This document shows, in pieces, positions 23,615 through 32,125 of a stretch of 40,262 nt of DNA. The translations under genes and the position numbers were made by a program. This stretch comes from Actinomycetota bacterium (GTDB lineage: Bacteria; Actinomycetota; UBA4738; HRBIN12), in NCBI GenBank assembly GCA_035630755.1, contig DASQKC010000044.1:1-40262 (forward strand), read 5' to 3'. Every line of letters starts with the position of its first letter. The first letter of the stretch is position 1. Below the pieces are notes generated by a model. That model had not been told where the DNA came from and searched no databases. It saw only the letters and a list, made by a program, of their open reading frames with translations.

Positions 23615-24312
23615 GCGAGGGTCTCGAAGGACGACCCCGGGGCGTGCGTCGCGCGACCGGCGCCGTGCCGGACGTGGACCGCGCCGAGCCCGTGGACCGT
23701 CCAGCGCTCGCCGTCGCCGACGATCGCGGTCCGTTCGTCGATGCCGACGAACCAGGCGCCCTCGGGCAGCCGCGAGGACATCCACCAGGCGGCGCCGGGG
23801 ATGCGCCGGACCTTGTCCCAGTGCACCCCGAATGCGACGTCGGGGACGAGGCCTAGGCCGAAGCGCCACGACGATCCCGCGGTGCCACCCACGCGGGCGC
23901 GGCTCACCACCATCGCGCCGGCGCTGCAGCCCGCCCACACCGCCCCGCGATCCATCGCGCGCTCGATCCCGGCGAGCAACGGCGAGGCGTGCAGCACCTC
24001 GGCGAGGTGCGTGGGCTTCCCGCCCGAGAAGTAGATCAGCGACGCCGACGCCGCACGGGTGACCAGGTCCTCGCGCCGGGCGTCGGCGGGCGTCTTGACG
24101 GGAAGGACCTCGGCGGACACGCGAGCCTCCGCGAAGTGGTCGAGGCCCATCCGACCCCAGCGGTCGAAGACGTCATCGCCCTCGGTCGCGCTCGCGGTGG
24201 GGAGGATGGCGACGGAGCCGTCGCCCACGGCGTCGCGCAGGACGGAAGCCTCGACGTCGTGGGTCCAGGGCTCGAACTCACCCGAGCCGAGCAGCAGGAA
24301 CGTCCTCGCCAT
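23599..24312 (-). CDS. peptidase S51 / cyanophycinase-dipeptidase E-like protein
   Basis: 237 aa. LIYFSGGKPTHL and the nucleophile elbow WAGCSAGAMV (GxSAG) are present. Its 3' end overlaps convergent ureC by 16 nt. Confidence 0.7.
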   Translation of the reverse strand: MARTFLLLGSGEFEPWTHDVEASVLRDAVGDGSVAILPTASATEGDDVFDRWGRMGLDHFAEARVSAEVLPVKTPADARREDLVTRAASASLIYFSGGKPTHLAEVLHASPLLAGIERAMDRGAVWAGCSAGAMVVSRARVGGTAGSSWRFGLGLVPDVAFGVHWDKVRRIPGAAWWMSSRLPEGAWFVGIDERTAIVGDGERWTVHGLGAVHVRHGAGRATHAPGSSFETLAQANR

Positions 24313-25246
24313 CGGCGGGGAGGCTACCCGGTCCGCCGACGCGGCCGGCGCGGTGCTTGCCTCCCTTGCCGCCCTCCTCCGAGGGCGTGTCGGGCCCGCG
24401 CGCGCGCCAGATCGCCACGACCACCGCGCCCCACCCGACGAGCCCCGCGAGCGTCCACCACGCGACGTTCACGAAGGGCACGAGACCGAGCGCCGCCGCG
24501 ATCGCCCACCCGGCGAACAGCGCCCCGGTCCGCGACCGCGGTTCGCGCACGACGAGTCGGCCGATCGTCCACGTCGTGGCCGCGATCCCGACCATCGCGA
24601 ACAGCCACCACGCGAGCAGCAGCGCCACGCCGAGCGGCAGGCCGAGGACCGATGCGGTCAGGAGGAGGCCGGCCAGGGCCACGCCGAGCGCCGCGAGCAG
24701 CCCCCAGCCGGCCGCGGCGAACGGCGCGGTCCGGCCCGCCTGCCCCACCCGTTCCAACCCCCGCGGCGCGACCAGCAGGAGGAAGGCCAGCAGGAGCAGC
24801 GTCGACACGGCGAAAGCGGCCGGCGCGAGCAGCGCCCCGATCGTCCCGACGGCCGAGCCGAGGGAGTACCGCACGCCCTGGGTCACGCCGCCGGCCACCT
24901 GCGCGCCGGCCTCGACCTCGGCGGTCTCGCCGGCCAGGACGCTGCCACCCACCTGCGCGGTCGGGCGCAGCCGGACCCTGCCCGACACCGACACCACGTC
25001 CCCGCGGACCTGGCCGGCCACCGTGATCAAGCCGCGGAGGACGATCACGTCGCCGTCGACGACGCCGTCCACGGTCACGTCGCCGCGCACGACGACCACC
25101 TCGCCGGCGACGTCTCCCGCAGGGACGTCGACGTCGCCCACGAGCACCACCTGCGGGTCGGCCTCCCGCGGCGCGTCGGCCTGCCCCCACGCCGCCGTCA
25201 GGATCAGCGCGGCGAGACCGAGGACGGTGGGGACGGCGCGGCGCAC
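24278..25246 (-). CDS. membrane protein with N-terminal bactofilin-like repeat region
   Basis: Signal peptide, then repeated GDV..V.G.V motifs (VGDVDVPAGDVAGEVVVVRGDVTVDGVVDGDVIVLRG...). These are followed by about 5 TM helices. Confidence 0.55.
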   Translation of the reverse strand: MRRAVPTVLGLAALILTAAWGQADAPREADPQVVLVGDVDVPAGDVAGEVVVVRGDVTVDGVVDGDVIVLRGLITVAGQVRGDVVSVSGRVRLRPTAQVGGSVLAGETAEVEAGAQVAGGVTQGVRYSLGSAVGTIGALLAPAAFAVSTLLLLAFLLLVAPRGLERVGQAGRTAPFAAAGWGLLAALGVALAGLLLTASVLGLPLGVALLLAWWLFAMVGIAATTWTIGRLVVREPRSRTGALFAGWAIAAALGLVPFVNVAWWTLAGLVGWGAVVVAIWRARGPDTPSEEGGKGGKHRAGRVGGPGSLPADGEDVPAARLG

Positions 25247-25305
25247 CGCCGCATCGTACCGGGGCGGCTCCGCGTGTCGGAGGGAGCCGGTAGCGTGGTG
25301 GTGCC

Positions 25306-28300
25306 GTGACGCTCGAGGCGTTCTCCCCCGATACGCGGGCCTGGTTCGAGGCCTCGTTCGCCGTGCCCACCGACGCCCAGTCGGCCGGGTGGCCGCCGAT
25401 CACCGAGGGGGCCAACACGCTTCTGCTGGCGCCGACCGGGTCGGGCAAGACCCTCGCGGCGTTCCTGTGGGCGATCGACCGGCTGGCGACCACGCCCCCG
25501 CGGGACGAGGAGCGCACGAGGGTCCTGTACATCTCGCCCCTGCGCGCGCTCGCCGTCGACATCGAGAAGAACCTGCGGGCACCCCTTGCGGGGATCGCGC
25601 ACGCGGCCGAGCGGTCGGGTCGGACCCTCGCCCACGTGCCGACGGTCGGGGTCCGCACCGGCGACACCGATGCCCGCGAGCGGCGCCGGCTGCTCGCGCA
25701 TCCGCCCGACATCTTGATCACGACCCCCGAGTCGCTCTACCTGATGCTCACCTCGTCGGCGCGCGAGACGCTCCGTCACGTCGAGACCGTGATCGTCGAC
25801 GAGATCCACGCGCTCGCCGCCACGAAGCGGGGGGCGCACCTGATGCTGTCGCTCGAGCGGCTGGCGGCGCTCGGGGAGCGGCCGCCGCAGCGGATCGGGC
25901 TCTCCGCCACCCAGCGGCCGCTCGAGGAGATCGCGCGGTTCCTGGGCGGCTACGACGGACCCGGGCGTCCGCGCGAGGTCAGCGTGGTCGACGCCGGGGT
26001 CCGCAAGACCCTGGACCTCGAGGTGATCGTGCCGGTCGAGGACATGGGGGCGATCGGCGAGGCCGTCGAGTCTGAGGCTGTCCCAGCGGGCGTCGACCGG
26101 CGCTCGATCTGGCCGTCGATCCACCCGGTGCTCCTCGAGCTGATCCGTGCCCACCGCTCCACGATCGTGTTCGTGAACGAGCGCCGCGGCGCCGAACGGC
26201 TCGCATCGCGCCTCAACGACCTCGCCGAGGAGGAGCTCGTCCGCGCCCACCACGGATCGATCGCGCGCGAGCAGCGGGTCGAGGTCGAGGACGCCTTGAA
26301 GGAAGGGCGCCTGCGCGCGATCGTCGCCACCTCCTCGCTCGAGCTCGGCATCGACATGGGGGCGGTCGACCTCGTCGTCCAGGTGGGCGCGCCGGGCTCG
26401 GTCGCGAGCGGCATGCAGCGGATCGGCCGCGCCGGCCACCAGGTGGGCGCGCCGAGCGTGGGCAAGCTGTTCCCGAAGCACCGCGGCGACCTGCTCGAGA
26501 CCGCCGTGGTCGCCGAGCGGATGCTCGACGCCCGGATCGAGGCCACGCGGTACCCGCGGAGCCCGCTCGACGTCCTCGCCCAGCAGATCGTCGCGATGAC
26601 CGCCGTCGACGAGTGGGCGGTCGACGAGCTCGCGGCGACGATCCGCCGCGCCGCCAACTTCGCGGACCTCACCGACGGCGTGTTCACCGCCGTCCTCGAC
26701 CTGCTCGCCGGCCGCTACCCCTCCGACGCCTTCGCCCAGCTCCGGCCGCGCGTGGTCTGGGATCGGGCGGCGGGGACGGTGCGCGCCCGCGAGGGGGCGG
26801 GCCGGCTCGCGATCGTGAGCGGCGGGACCATCCCGGACCGCGGGCTGTTCGGCGTGTTCACGGTCGACGGGTCGCGGGTCGGGGAACTCGACGAGGAGTG
26901 CGTCTACGAGTCGCGGCGCGGGGAGGTGATGCTCCTGGGCGCCACGTCGTGGCGCATCGAGGACATCACGCGGGACCGCGTCGTCGTCAGCCCCGCCCCG
27001 GGTGAGCCCGGGAAGCTCCCGTTCTGGAAGGCCCCGGGCCCCGGGCGACCCGTGGAGCTCGGCCAGGCGATCGGCCGGTTCACGCGCGAGCTCGCGTCGA
27101 CCGGCCGCGAGGCCGCGGTCGCGCGCCTGCGCGACGAGCTCGGGCTCGACCCGCTCGCCGCCGACAACCTCGTCGCCTACGTCGCCGAGCAGGCCGAGGC
27201 CGCGGCGGTCCCCGACGACCGCACGATCGTGATCGAGCGCTTCCGCGACGAGCTCGGCGACTGGCGCGTCTGCATCCTGACGCCGCTCGGGTCGCGGGTG
27301 CACGCGCCGTGGGCGCTCGCGATCGAGGCCCGGATCGAGGAACGCTTCGGGCCCGGCGCTCAGATCCTGTGGTCCGACGACGGCATCGTCCTGCGGCTCC
27401 CCGAGGCCGTGGAGACCATCCCCACCGACGACCTCCTCTTCGACCCCGACGAGGTCGAGGACGCCGTCGTCGGCGTGCTGCCGGGGACCGCGCTCTTCTC
27501 CTCGGTCTTCCGCGAGGCCGCCGCCCGCGCGCTCCTGCTGCCGCGACGCCGTCCGGGCGAGCGCACGCCGCTGTGGCAGCAGCGGCAGCGGAGCGCCGAC
27601 CTGCTCGCCGCCGCGTCGAACCATCCGGACTTCCCGATCCTGCTCGAGGCGACCCGCGAGTGCCTCCGCGACCACTTCGACGTGCCGGCGCTCCGCCTGC
27701 TGATGACCGACCTGCGCGCCCGCCGCGTCCGGGTCGTGGCGGTCGACACCGACACCGCGTCGCCGTTCGCGCGCTCCCTGCTCTTCGCCTGGGTGGCCGT
27801 GTTCATGTACGAGGGCGACGCGCCGCTCGCGGAGCGACGGGCCGCGGCGCTGTCGCTCGACCGCGACCTCCTGCGGGAGCTCCTCGGCGACGAGGACCTG
27901 CGCGAGCTGCTCGATCCCGATGCCCTCGACCAGGTCGAGCTCGAGCTGCAGCGCCTCGCCGACGGACGCCACGCGCGCGGCATCGACGGCGTGCACGACC
28001 TCTTGCGGGACCTTGGGCCGCTGCGCCCCGACGAGATCGCGGCGCGCACCGACGGCGACGCCGCTGGGTTCGTCCGCGCGCTGCGGCACGACGGCCGGGC
28101 CATCGAGGTCCGGATCGACGGGGTCGAGCACCTCGCGGCCGTCGAGGACGCGGGTCGTCTGCGCGACGCCCTCGGCCTGGCGATCCCGCCCGGTCTGCCC
28201 GACGCGTTCACGCAGTCCGCGGACCGGCCGCTGGAGGACCTCGTCGCCCGCTACACGCGGACGCACGCGCCGTTCGTGGCCGCCGACGTTGCCGCGCGGC

Positions 28301-29697
28301 TCGGCGTCGGCGAGGATCGCGTCCGCCACACGCTCGAGACGCTCGCCGCGCGCGGCGACGTGCTGCTGGGCGAGTTCCGTCCCGGCGGCCACGAACGCGA
28401 ATGGTCGCACCCCGACGTCCTGCGACGGATCCGCCGCCGGTCGCTGGCGGCGCTGCGCCGCGAGATCGAGCCCGTCGACGCGGCCGCGCTCGGCCGGTTC
28501 CTCCCCGCCTGGCAGGGAGCCGACCGACCGCGCCAGGGCGCGGACGCGCTCGCGGAGGCGATCGCCCGCCTGCAGGGGGCGGCCGTGCCGGCGTCGATCC
28601 TGGAGCGCGACGTCCTGCCCGCGCGCGTCCAGGGCTACCGGCCGGCGGACCTCGACGCGATGATCGCGGCGGGGGACCTCGTCTGGGTCGGGGCCGGCGC
28701 CGTGGGCGCGGACGACGGCCGTGTCGCGCTCGTGGCGCGGGCCAGCGCGCCGCTCCTCGCGCCGGCGCCGCTCGTGGAGGCCGACCGTCCCGGCGGCCCC
28801 GCGCACGAGGCCATCCGCGCGCTGCTGCGCGACCGAGGCGCCTCGTTCTGGGGTGACCTCGTCACCGCCGTCGGCACGGCCGACGAAGCGACGGTGCTCG
28901 GCGCGCTCTGGGATCTCGTGTGGGCGGGCGAGGTCACGAACGACACGTTCGCCCCGCTCCGTGCCCGCCGCGGCACGACCCGGACGCGGCGTCGCCCGGG
29001 CGCTCGCGTCGCCCCCCGGCCGGGGTCGCTCCGGCGCGCCGGGCCGCCCGCGGGCGCGGGCCGCTGGTCCCTCGTCGAGGCGCTCCGGCAGCCGACCCCG
29101 GCGCCCACCCAGGTAGCGCACGCCCGCGCGATGCAGCTGCTCGACCGCCACGGGGTGGTGACCCGCGAGACCGCGCTCGCCGAGGGCATCCCGGGCGGCT
29201 ACGCCGCGATCTACCCGGTCCTGCGCGCGCTCGAGGAGGCCGGCCAGGTCCGTCGCGGCTACTTCGTGGCCGGCCTGGGGGCGGCGCAGTTCGCGATGCC
29301 GGGCGCGGTCGACCGGCTCCGCGCGGCCCGCGACCCCGCCGCGGCGCCGGAGGTGCGCACCCTCGCCGCGGCCGACCCGGCGCAGCCGTTCGGGGCGTCG
29401 CTCCCCTGGCCGGGGTCCGAGGGGCGGCCCGCCCGGGCCGCGGGAGCCTACGTCGTGCTCGCGGGCGGCGCCGCAGCCGCCTTCCTCGAACGCGGAGGGC
29501 GGACCCTGCTGACCTTCCCGGGCGCCGACCCCGCCGGGGTCGCCGACGCCATCGCGGGGCTCGTGAAGGACGGGCGTCTGCGCCGCCTCGACCTGCGGCG
29601 GATCGACGGCGAGGAACCGACCGACCAGCCGGTGGCCGACGCCCTGCGAGCGATCGGCGCCACCGACGGCTACCGTGGGCTCACGCTCCGCGCTTGA
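25306..29697 (+). CDS. lhr: Lhr-type large ATP-dependent DEAD/DEAH helicase
   Basis: 1463 aa. Walker A LLLAPTGSGKTLAAF, DEIH box (VIVDEIHAL), motif VI (QRIGRAGH). The long C-terminal extension is typical of Lhr. Confidence 0.9.
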   Translation: MTLEAFSPDTRAWFEASFAVPTDAQSAGWPPITEGANTLLLAPTGSGKTLAAFLWAIDRLATTPPRDEERTRVLYISPLRALAVDIEKNLRAPLAGIAHAAERSGRTLAHVPTVGVRTGDTDARERRRLLAHPPDILITTPESLYLMLTSSARETLRHVETVIVDEIHALAATKRGAHLMLSLERLAALGERPPQRIGLSATQRPLEEIARFLGGYDGPGRPREVSVVDAGVRKTLDLEVIVPVEDMGAIGEAVESEAVPAGVDRRSIWPSIHPVLLELIRAHRSTIVFVNERRGAERLASRLNDLAEEELVRAHHGSIAREQRVEVEDALKEGRLRAIVATSSLELGIDMGAVDLVVQVGAPGSVASGMQRIGRAGHQVGAPSVGKLFPKHRGDLLETAVVAERMLDARIEATRYPRSPLDVLAQQIVAMTAVDEWAVDELAATIRRAANFADLTDGVFTAVLDLLAGRYPSDAFAQLRPRVVWDRAAGTVRAREGAGRLAIVSGGTIPDRGLFGVFTVDGSRVGELDEECVYESRRGEVMLLGATSWRIEDITRDRVVVSPAPGEPGKLPFWKAPGPGRPVELGQAIGRFTRELASTGREAAVARLRDELGLDPLAADNLVAYVAEQAEAAAVPDDRTIVIERFRDELGDWRVCILTPLGSRVHAPWALAIEARIEERFGPGAQILWSDDGIVLRLPEAVETIPTDDLLFDPDEVEDAVVGVLPGTALFSSVFREAAARALLLPRRRPGERTPLWQQRQRSADLLAAASNHPDFPILLEATRECLRDHFDVPALRLLMTDLRARRVRVVAVDTDTASPFARSLLFAWVAVFMYEGDAPLAERRAAALSLDRDLLRELLGDEDLRELLDPDALDQVELELQRLADGRHARGIDGVHDLLRDLGPLRPDEIAARTDGDAAGFVRALRHDGRAIEVRIDGVEHLAAVEDAGRLRDALGLAIPPGLPDAFTQSADRPLEDLVARYTRTHAPFVAADVAARLGVGEDRVRHTLETLAARGDVLLGEFRPGGHEREWSHPDVLRRIRRRSLAALRREIEPVDAAALGRFLPAWQGADRPRQGADALAEAIARLQGAAVPASILERDVLPARVQGYRPADLDAMIAAGDLVWVGAGAVGADDGRVALVARASAPLLAPAPLVEADRPGGPAHEAIRALLRDRGASFWGDLVTAVGTADEATVLGALWDLVWAGEVTNDTFAPLRARRGTTRTRRRPGARVAPRPGSLRRAGPPAGAGRWSLVEALRQPTPAPTQVAHARAMQLLDRHGVVTRETALAEGIPGGYAAIYPVLRALEEAGQVRRGYFVAGLGAAQFAMPGAVDRLRAARDPAAAPEVRTLAAADPAQPFGASLPWPGSEGRPARAAGAYVVLAGGAAAAFLERGGRTLLTFPGADPAGVADAIAGLVKDGRLRRLDLRRIDGEEPTDQPVADALRAIGATDGYRGLTLRA

Positions 29698-29700
29698 CCC

Positions 29701-30486
29701 GTGCCCGAAGGCGACACGATCCACGCGCTCGCGCGGCGTCTGCGCGCCGCGCTCGTGCCCGGCACGCTGGTCGCGGTCCGCACGCGCACGCCCGGACCGG
29801 TGCCCGCCGCCGGCACCGCCGTCGAGGACGTCGCCGCGCGCGGCAAGCACCTGCTCGTCGCGTTCGGCGACGGTCTGGCCCTCCACACGCATCTGGGGAT
29901 GGACGGCTCGTGGCGCCTGACCGCATCCGACCGGATCCCCGACGTCACCCCCGGCCCGCCACAACGCGGCGTCGTCGCGACGCTCGCGACCGACCGCACG
30001 GCGGCGGTCGGCCGCTCGCTCGCCGTGGCCGAGGTCCTCGACGCCGCCGACGTCCGACGACACCCCGTGCTCGCGCGGCTCGGCCCCGATCTGTGCGAGC
30101 TCGACCTCGACCTCGACGAGGTGCTCCGGCGGCTCGGGCAGGTGCCGAGCGCGACGCCGATCGGCGTCGTCCTGCTCGACCAGCGCGTCGCGGCGGGGAT
30201 CGGCAACGTCTACCGCGCGGAGGTCCTGTGGGCCGAAGCCGTCACACCGGACGCGCCCCTCGGGTCCCTCGACGACGATCGACGCCGCGCGCTCTACGCC
30301 ACCGCGCACCGCCTGCTCCGCGCGAACCTGGGCGGCGGGCGGCGGCGCACCGTTCCCTCGGGACTCGCGGTCTACGAACGCGGGGGGCGCCGCTGCCTGC
30401 GGTGCCGTGGGACGATCCGGAGCACCCGACTCGGCGAGCAGGGGCGGTCCGTGTGGTGGTGCCCGTCCTGTCAGACTGCGCCGTAG
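29701..30486 (+). CDS. nei: Fpg/Nei-family DNA glycosylase (endonuclease VIII-like)
   Basis: Begins MPEGDTIH (catalytic N-terminal PE). H2TH region (GIGNVYRAEVLW) and a C-terminal zinc finger (CLRCRG...CPSCQ). Starts 3 nt after the lhr stop. Confidence 0.85.
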   Translation: MPEGDTIHALARRLRAALVPGTLVAVRTRTPGPVPAAGTAVEDVAARGKHLLVAFGDGLALHTHLGMDGSWRLTASDRIPDVTPGPPQRGVVATLATDRTAAVGRSLAVAEVLDAADVRRHPVLARLGPDLCELDLDLDEVLRRLGQVPSATPIGVVLLDQRVAAGIGNVYRAEVLWAEAVTPDAPLGSLDDDRRRALYATAHRLLRANLGGGRRRTVPSGLAVYERGGRRCLRCRGTIRSTRLGEQGRSVWWCPSCQTAP

Positions 30487-32070
30487 ATGGACCTGGCATC
30501 CTCGGGGCACTCCTGGGCGATCGCGGCGCCGCACACGGCCGCCACCCGCGCCGGCGCCGCCGCGTTCACGGCCGGCGGCAACGCGATCGACGCCGCGCTG
30601 GCCGCCGCCATCACGCTCGCGGTCGCCTACCCCCGCGACTGCGGCGTCGGCGGCGACCTGTTCGCCGTCGTCGACCGGGCGTCACACGACGGGGGTGACA
30701 CGCTCGCGGTGATCTCCGCCGGCCGCGCGCCGGCGGGCGCCGACGTGGAGGCCCTGCGTGCGACCCACCGGCGGATGCCCGACCGAGGTCCGGCGACCGT
30801 GACCGTCCCGGGCGCCGTCGCCGGCTGGGAGTGCCTGCACCGCATGGGTGCCCGGCTCCCCTGGGCGGACCACTTCGCCGTCGGGATCGCCGCTGCCCAC
30901 GACGGGCTCCCCCTCGCCCGTCGGGTCGCCGACGCCCTGCTCGAGGAACGAGACCTTCTCGCGCGCGACCCGGGGATCGGCGCGACGTTCTTCCCCGGCG
31001 GCGACCCGATCGCCCGGGGCGAGATGACCCGCCAGCCCGCGCTCGGGACCACCCTGGTGGCGCTGGCCGCCGGCGGCGCGGAGGCCCTGTACCGGGGTGC
31101 GGTCGGCGCGGCCTACGTCGAGGGCCTCCGCGCCGCCGGCTCCCCGCTCACCGTCGAGGATCTCGCGGGCCACGAGGCCGTGATCGTGCCCCCCCTGCGC
31201 GCCGCCTGGTACGGCCTGCACGTCAGCGTGGCGCCGCCGCCCTCCCCCGGCTACTCCCTCCTGCAGATCCTCGCGCTGAGCGAGCGGCTGGGCCTGGACC
31301 CCGACCCGAGCGGCGCCGACGCGGCCGCGTGGGCGCGGCTGTTCCTCACCGCGACACGCGACGTCGCCCGCCACCTGGCCGACCCCGACCGTATGAGCGT
31401 GCACGTGTCCACGTTGCTCGACGACGGACACCTGGCGGCCCTGAGGGACGAAGCGGCCGGCCCCATCGACGCCGGCGTGGGGCGCGCCCGGCCGGGCGGC
31501 GACACGGTCGCGCTCGTCACGGCGGACGCGGAGGGCCACGCCGTCAGCCTGATCCAGTCCAACTTCGAGGCCTTCGGCAGCGGGATCCTCGAGCCGAGGA
31601 CCGGCATCGTCGCGCACGACCGGGGCGCGTGCTTCACGCTCGACCCCGACGCGCCGTCGATGTTCACGCCGGGCGTGCGGCCGCCCCACACGTTGCTGCC
31701 GGCCGTGGTGCACGACGATCGCGGGCTGGTCGGCGTCGCCGGCACCATGGGGGGCTACCAGCAGCCGCAGATCGACGCGCAGACGATCGCCCGCACGTTC
31801 GCGCTCGGCGCCGACCCGGCCGCCGCCGTCGCCGCGCCGCGGTTCGTGGTCGACGACCTGCCCGAGGACGGCGGGATCCCGCACGTGGACGCCGACGCGC
31901 GCGTGCCCGACGCCGCGGTCGCGGCGCTCGAGGGGGCCGGGTTCGCGGTGCGACGGCTCGGCGATCGCGACGCCGCAGTCGGCCACGCCCACCTCATCGC
32001 ACGGCGCGCCGACGGCACGCTCCTCGCCGGCGCGGACCCGCGAGCCGACGGCGGCGCCCTCGCCGGCTGA
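30487..32070 (+). CDS. ggt: gamma-glutamyltransferase-family protein (no signal peptide)
   Basis: 527 aa. GGNAIDAALAAAITLAV..P..CGVGGDLFAVV, and the autoprocessing/nucleophile region GGDTVALVTADAEGHAVSLIQSNF. The ATG directly abuts the nei stop (TAGATG). Confidence 0.85.
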   Translation: MDLASSGHSWAIAAPHTAATRAGAAAFTAGGNAIDAALAAAITLAVAYPRDCGVGGDLFAVVDRASHDGGDTLAVISAGRAPAGADVEALRATHRRMPDRGPATVTVPGAVAGWECLHRMGARLPWADHFAVGIAAAHDGLPLARRVADALLEERDLLARDPGIGATFFPGGDPIARGEMTRQPALGTTLVALAAGGAEALYRGAVGAAYVEGLRAAGSPLTVEDLAGHEAVIVPPLRAAWYGLHVSVAPPPSPGYSLLQILALSERLGLDPDPSGADAAAWARLFLTATRDVARHLADPDRMSVHVSTLLDDGHLAALRDEAAGPIDAGVGRARPGGDTVALVTADAEGHAVSLIQSNFEAFGSGILEPRTGIVAHDRGACFTLDPDAPSMFTPGVRPPHTLLPAVVHDDRGLVGVAGTMGGYQQPQIDAQTIARTFALGADPAAAVAAPRFVVDDLPEDGGIPHVDADARVPDAAVAALEGAGFAVRRLGDRDAAVGHAHLIARRADGTLLAGADPRADGGALAG

Positions 32071-32125
32071 GGACCTACGCCATCGGGTGGTAGCCCCGGG
32101 TGCCGCCCGCTGACAGACTGGCAGC

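Noticed and set aside
21911-23938. 675-aa minus-strand ORF and several plus-strand alternatives across ureC
   Set aside because: They are antisense or off-frame to ureC, whose frame carries all the urease active-site motifs.
25204-30534. 1776-aa ORF on the minus strand spanning the whole lhr-nei region
   Set aside because: It is antisense to two genes with unambiguous helicase and glycosylase motifs. The product is Arg/Pro/Gly/Asp-rich low-complexity sequence, typical of shadow ORFs in high-G+C DNA.
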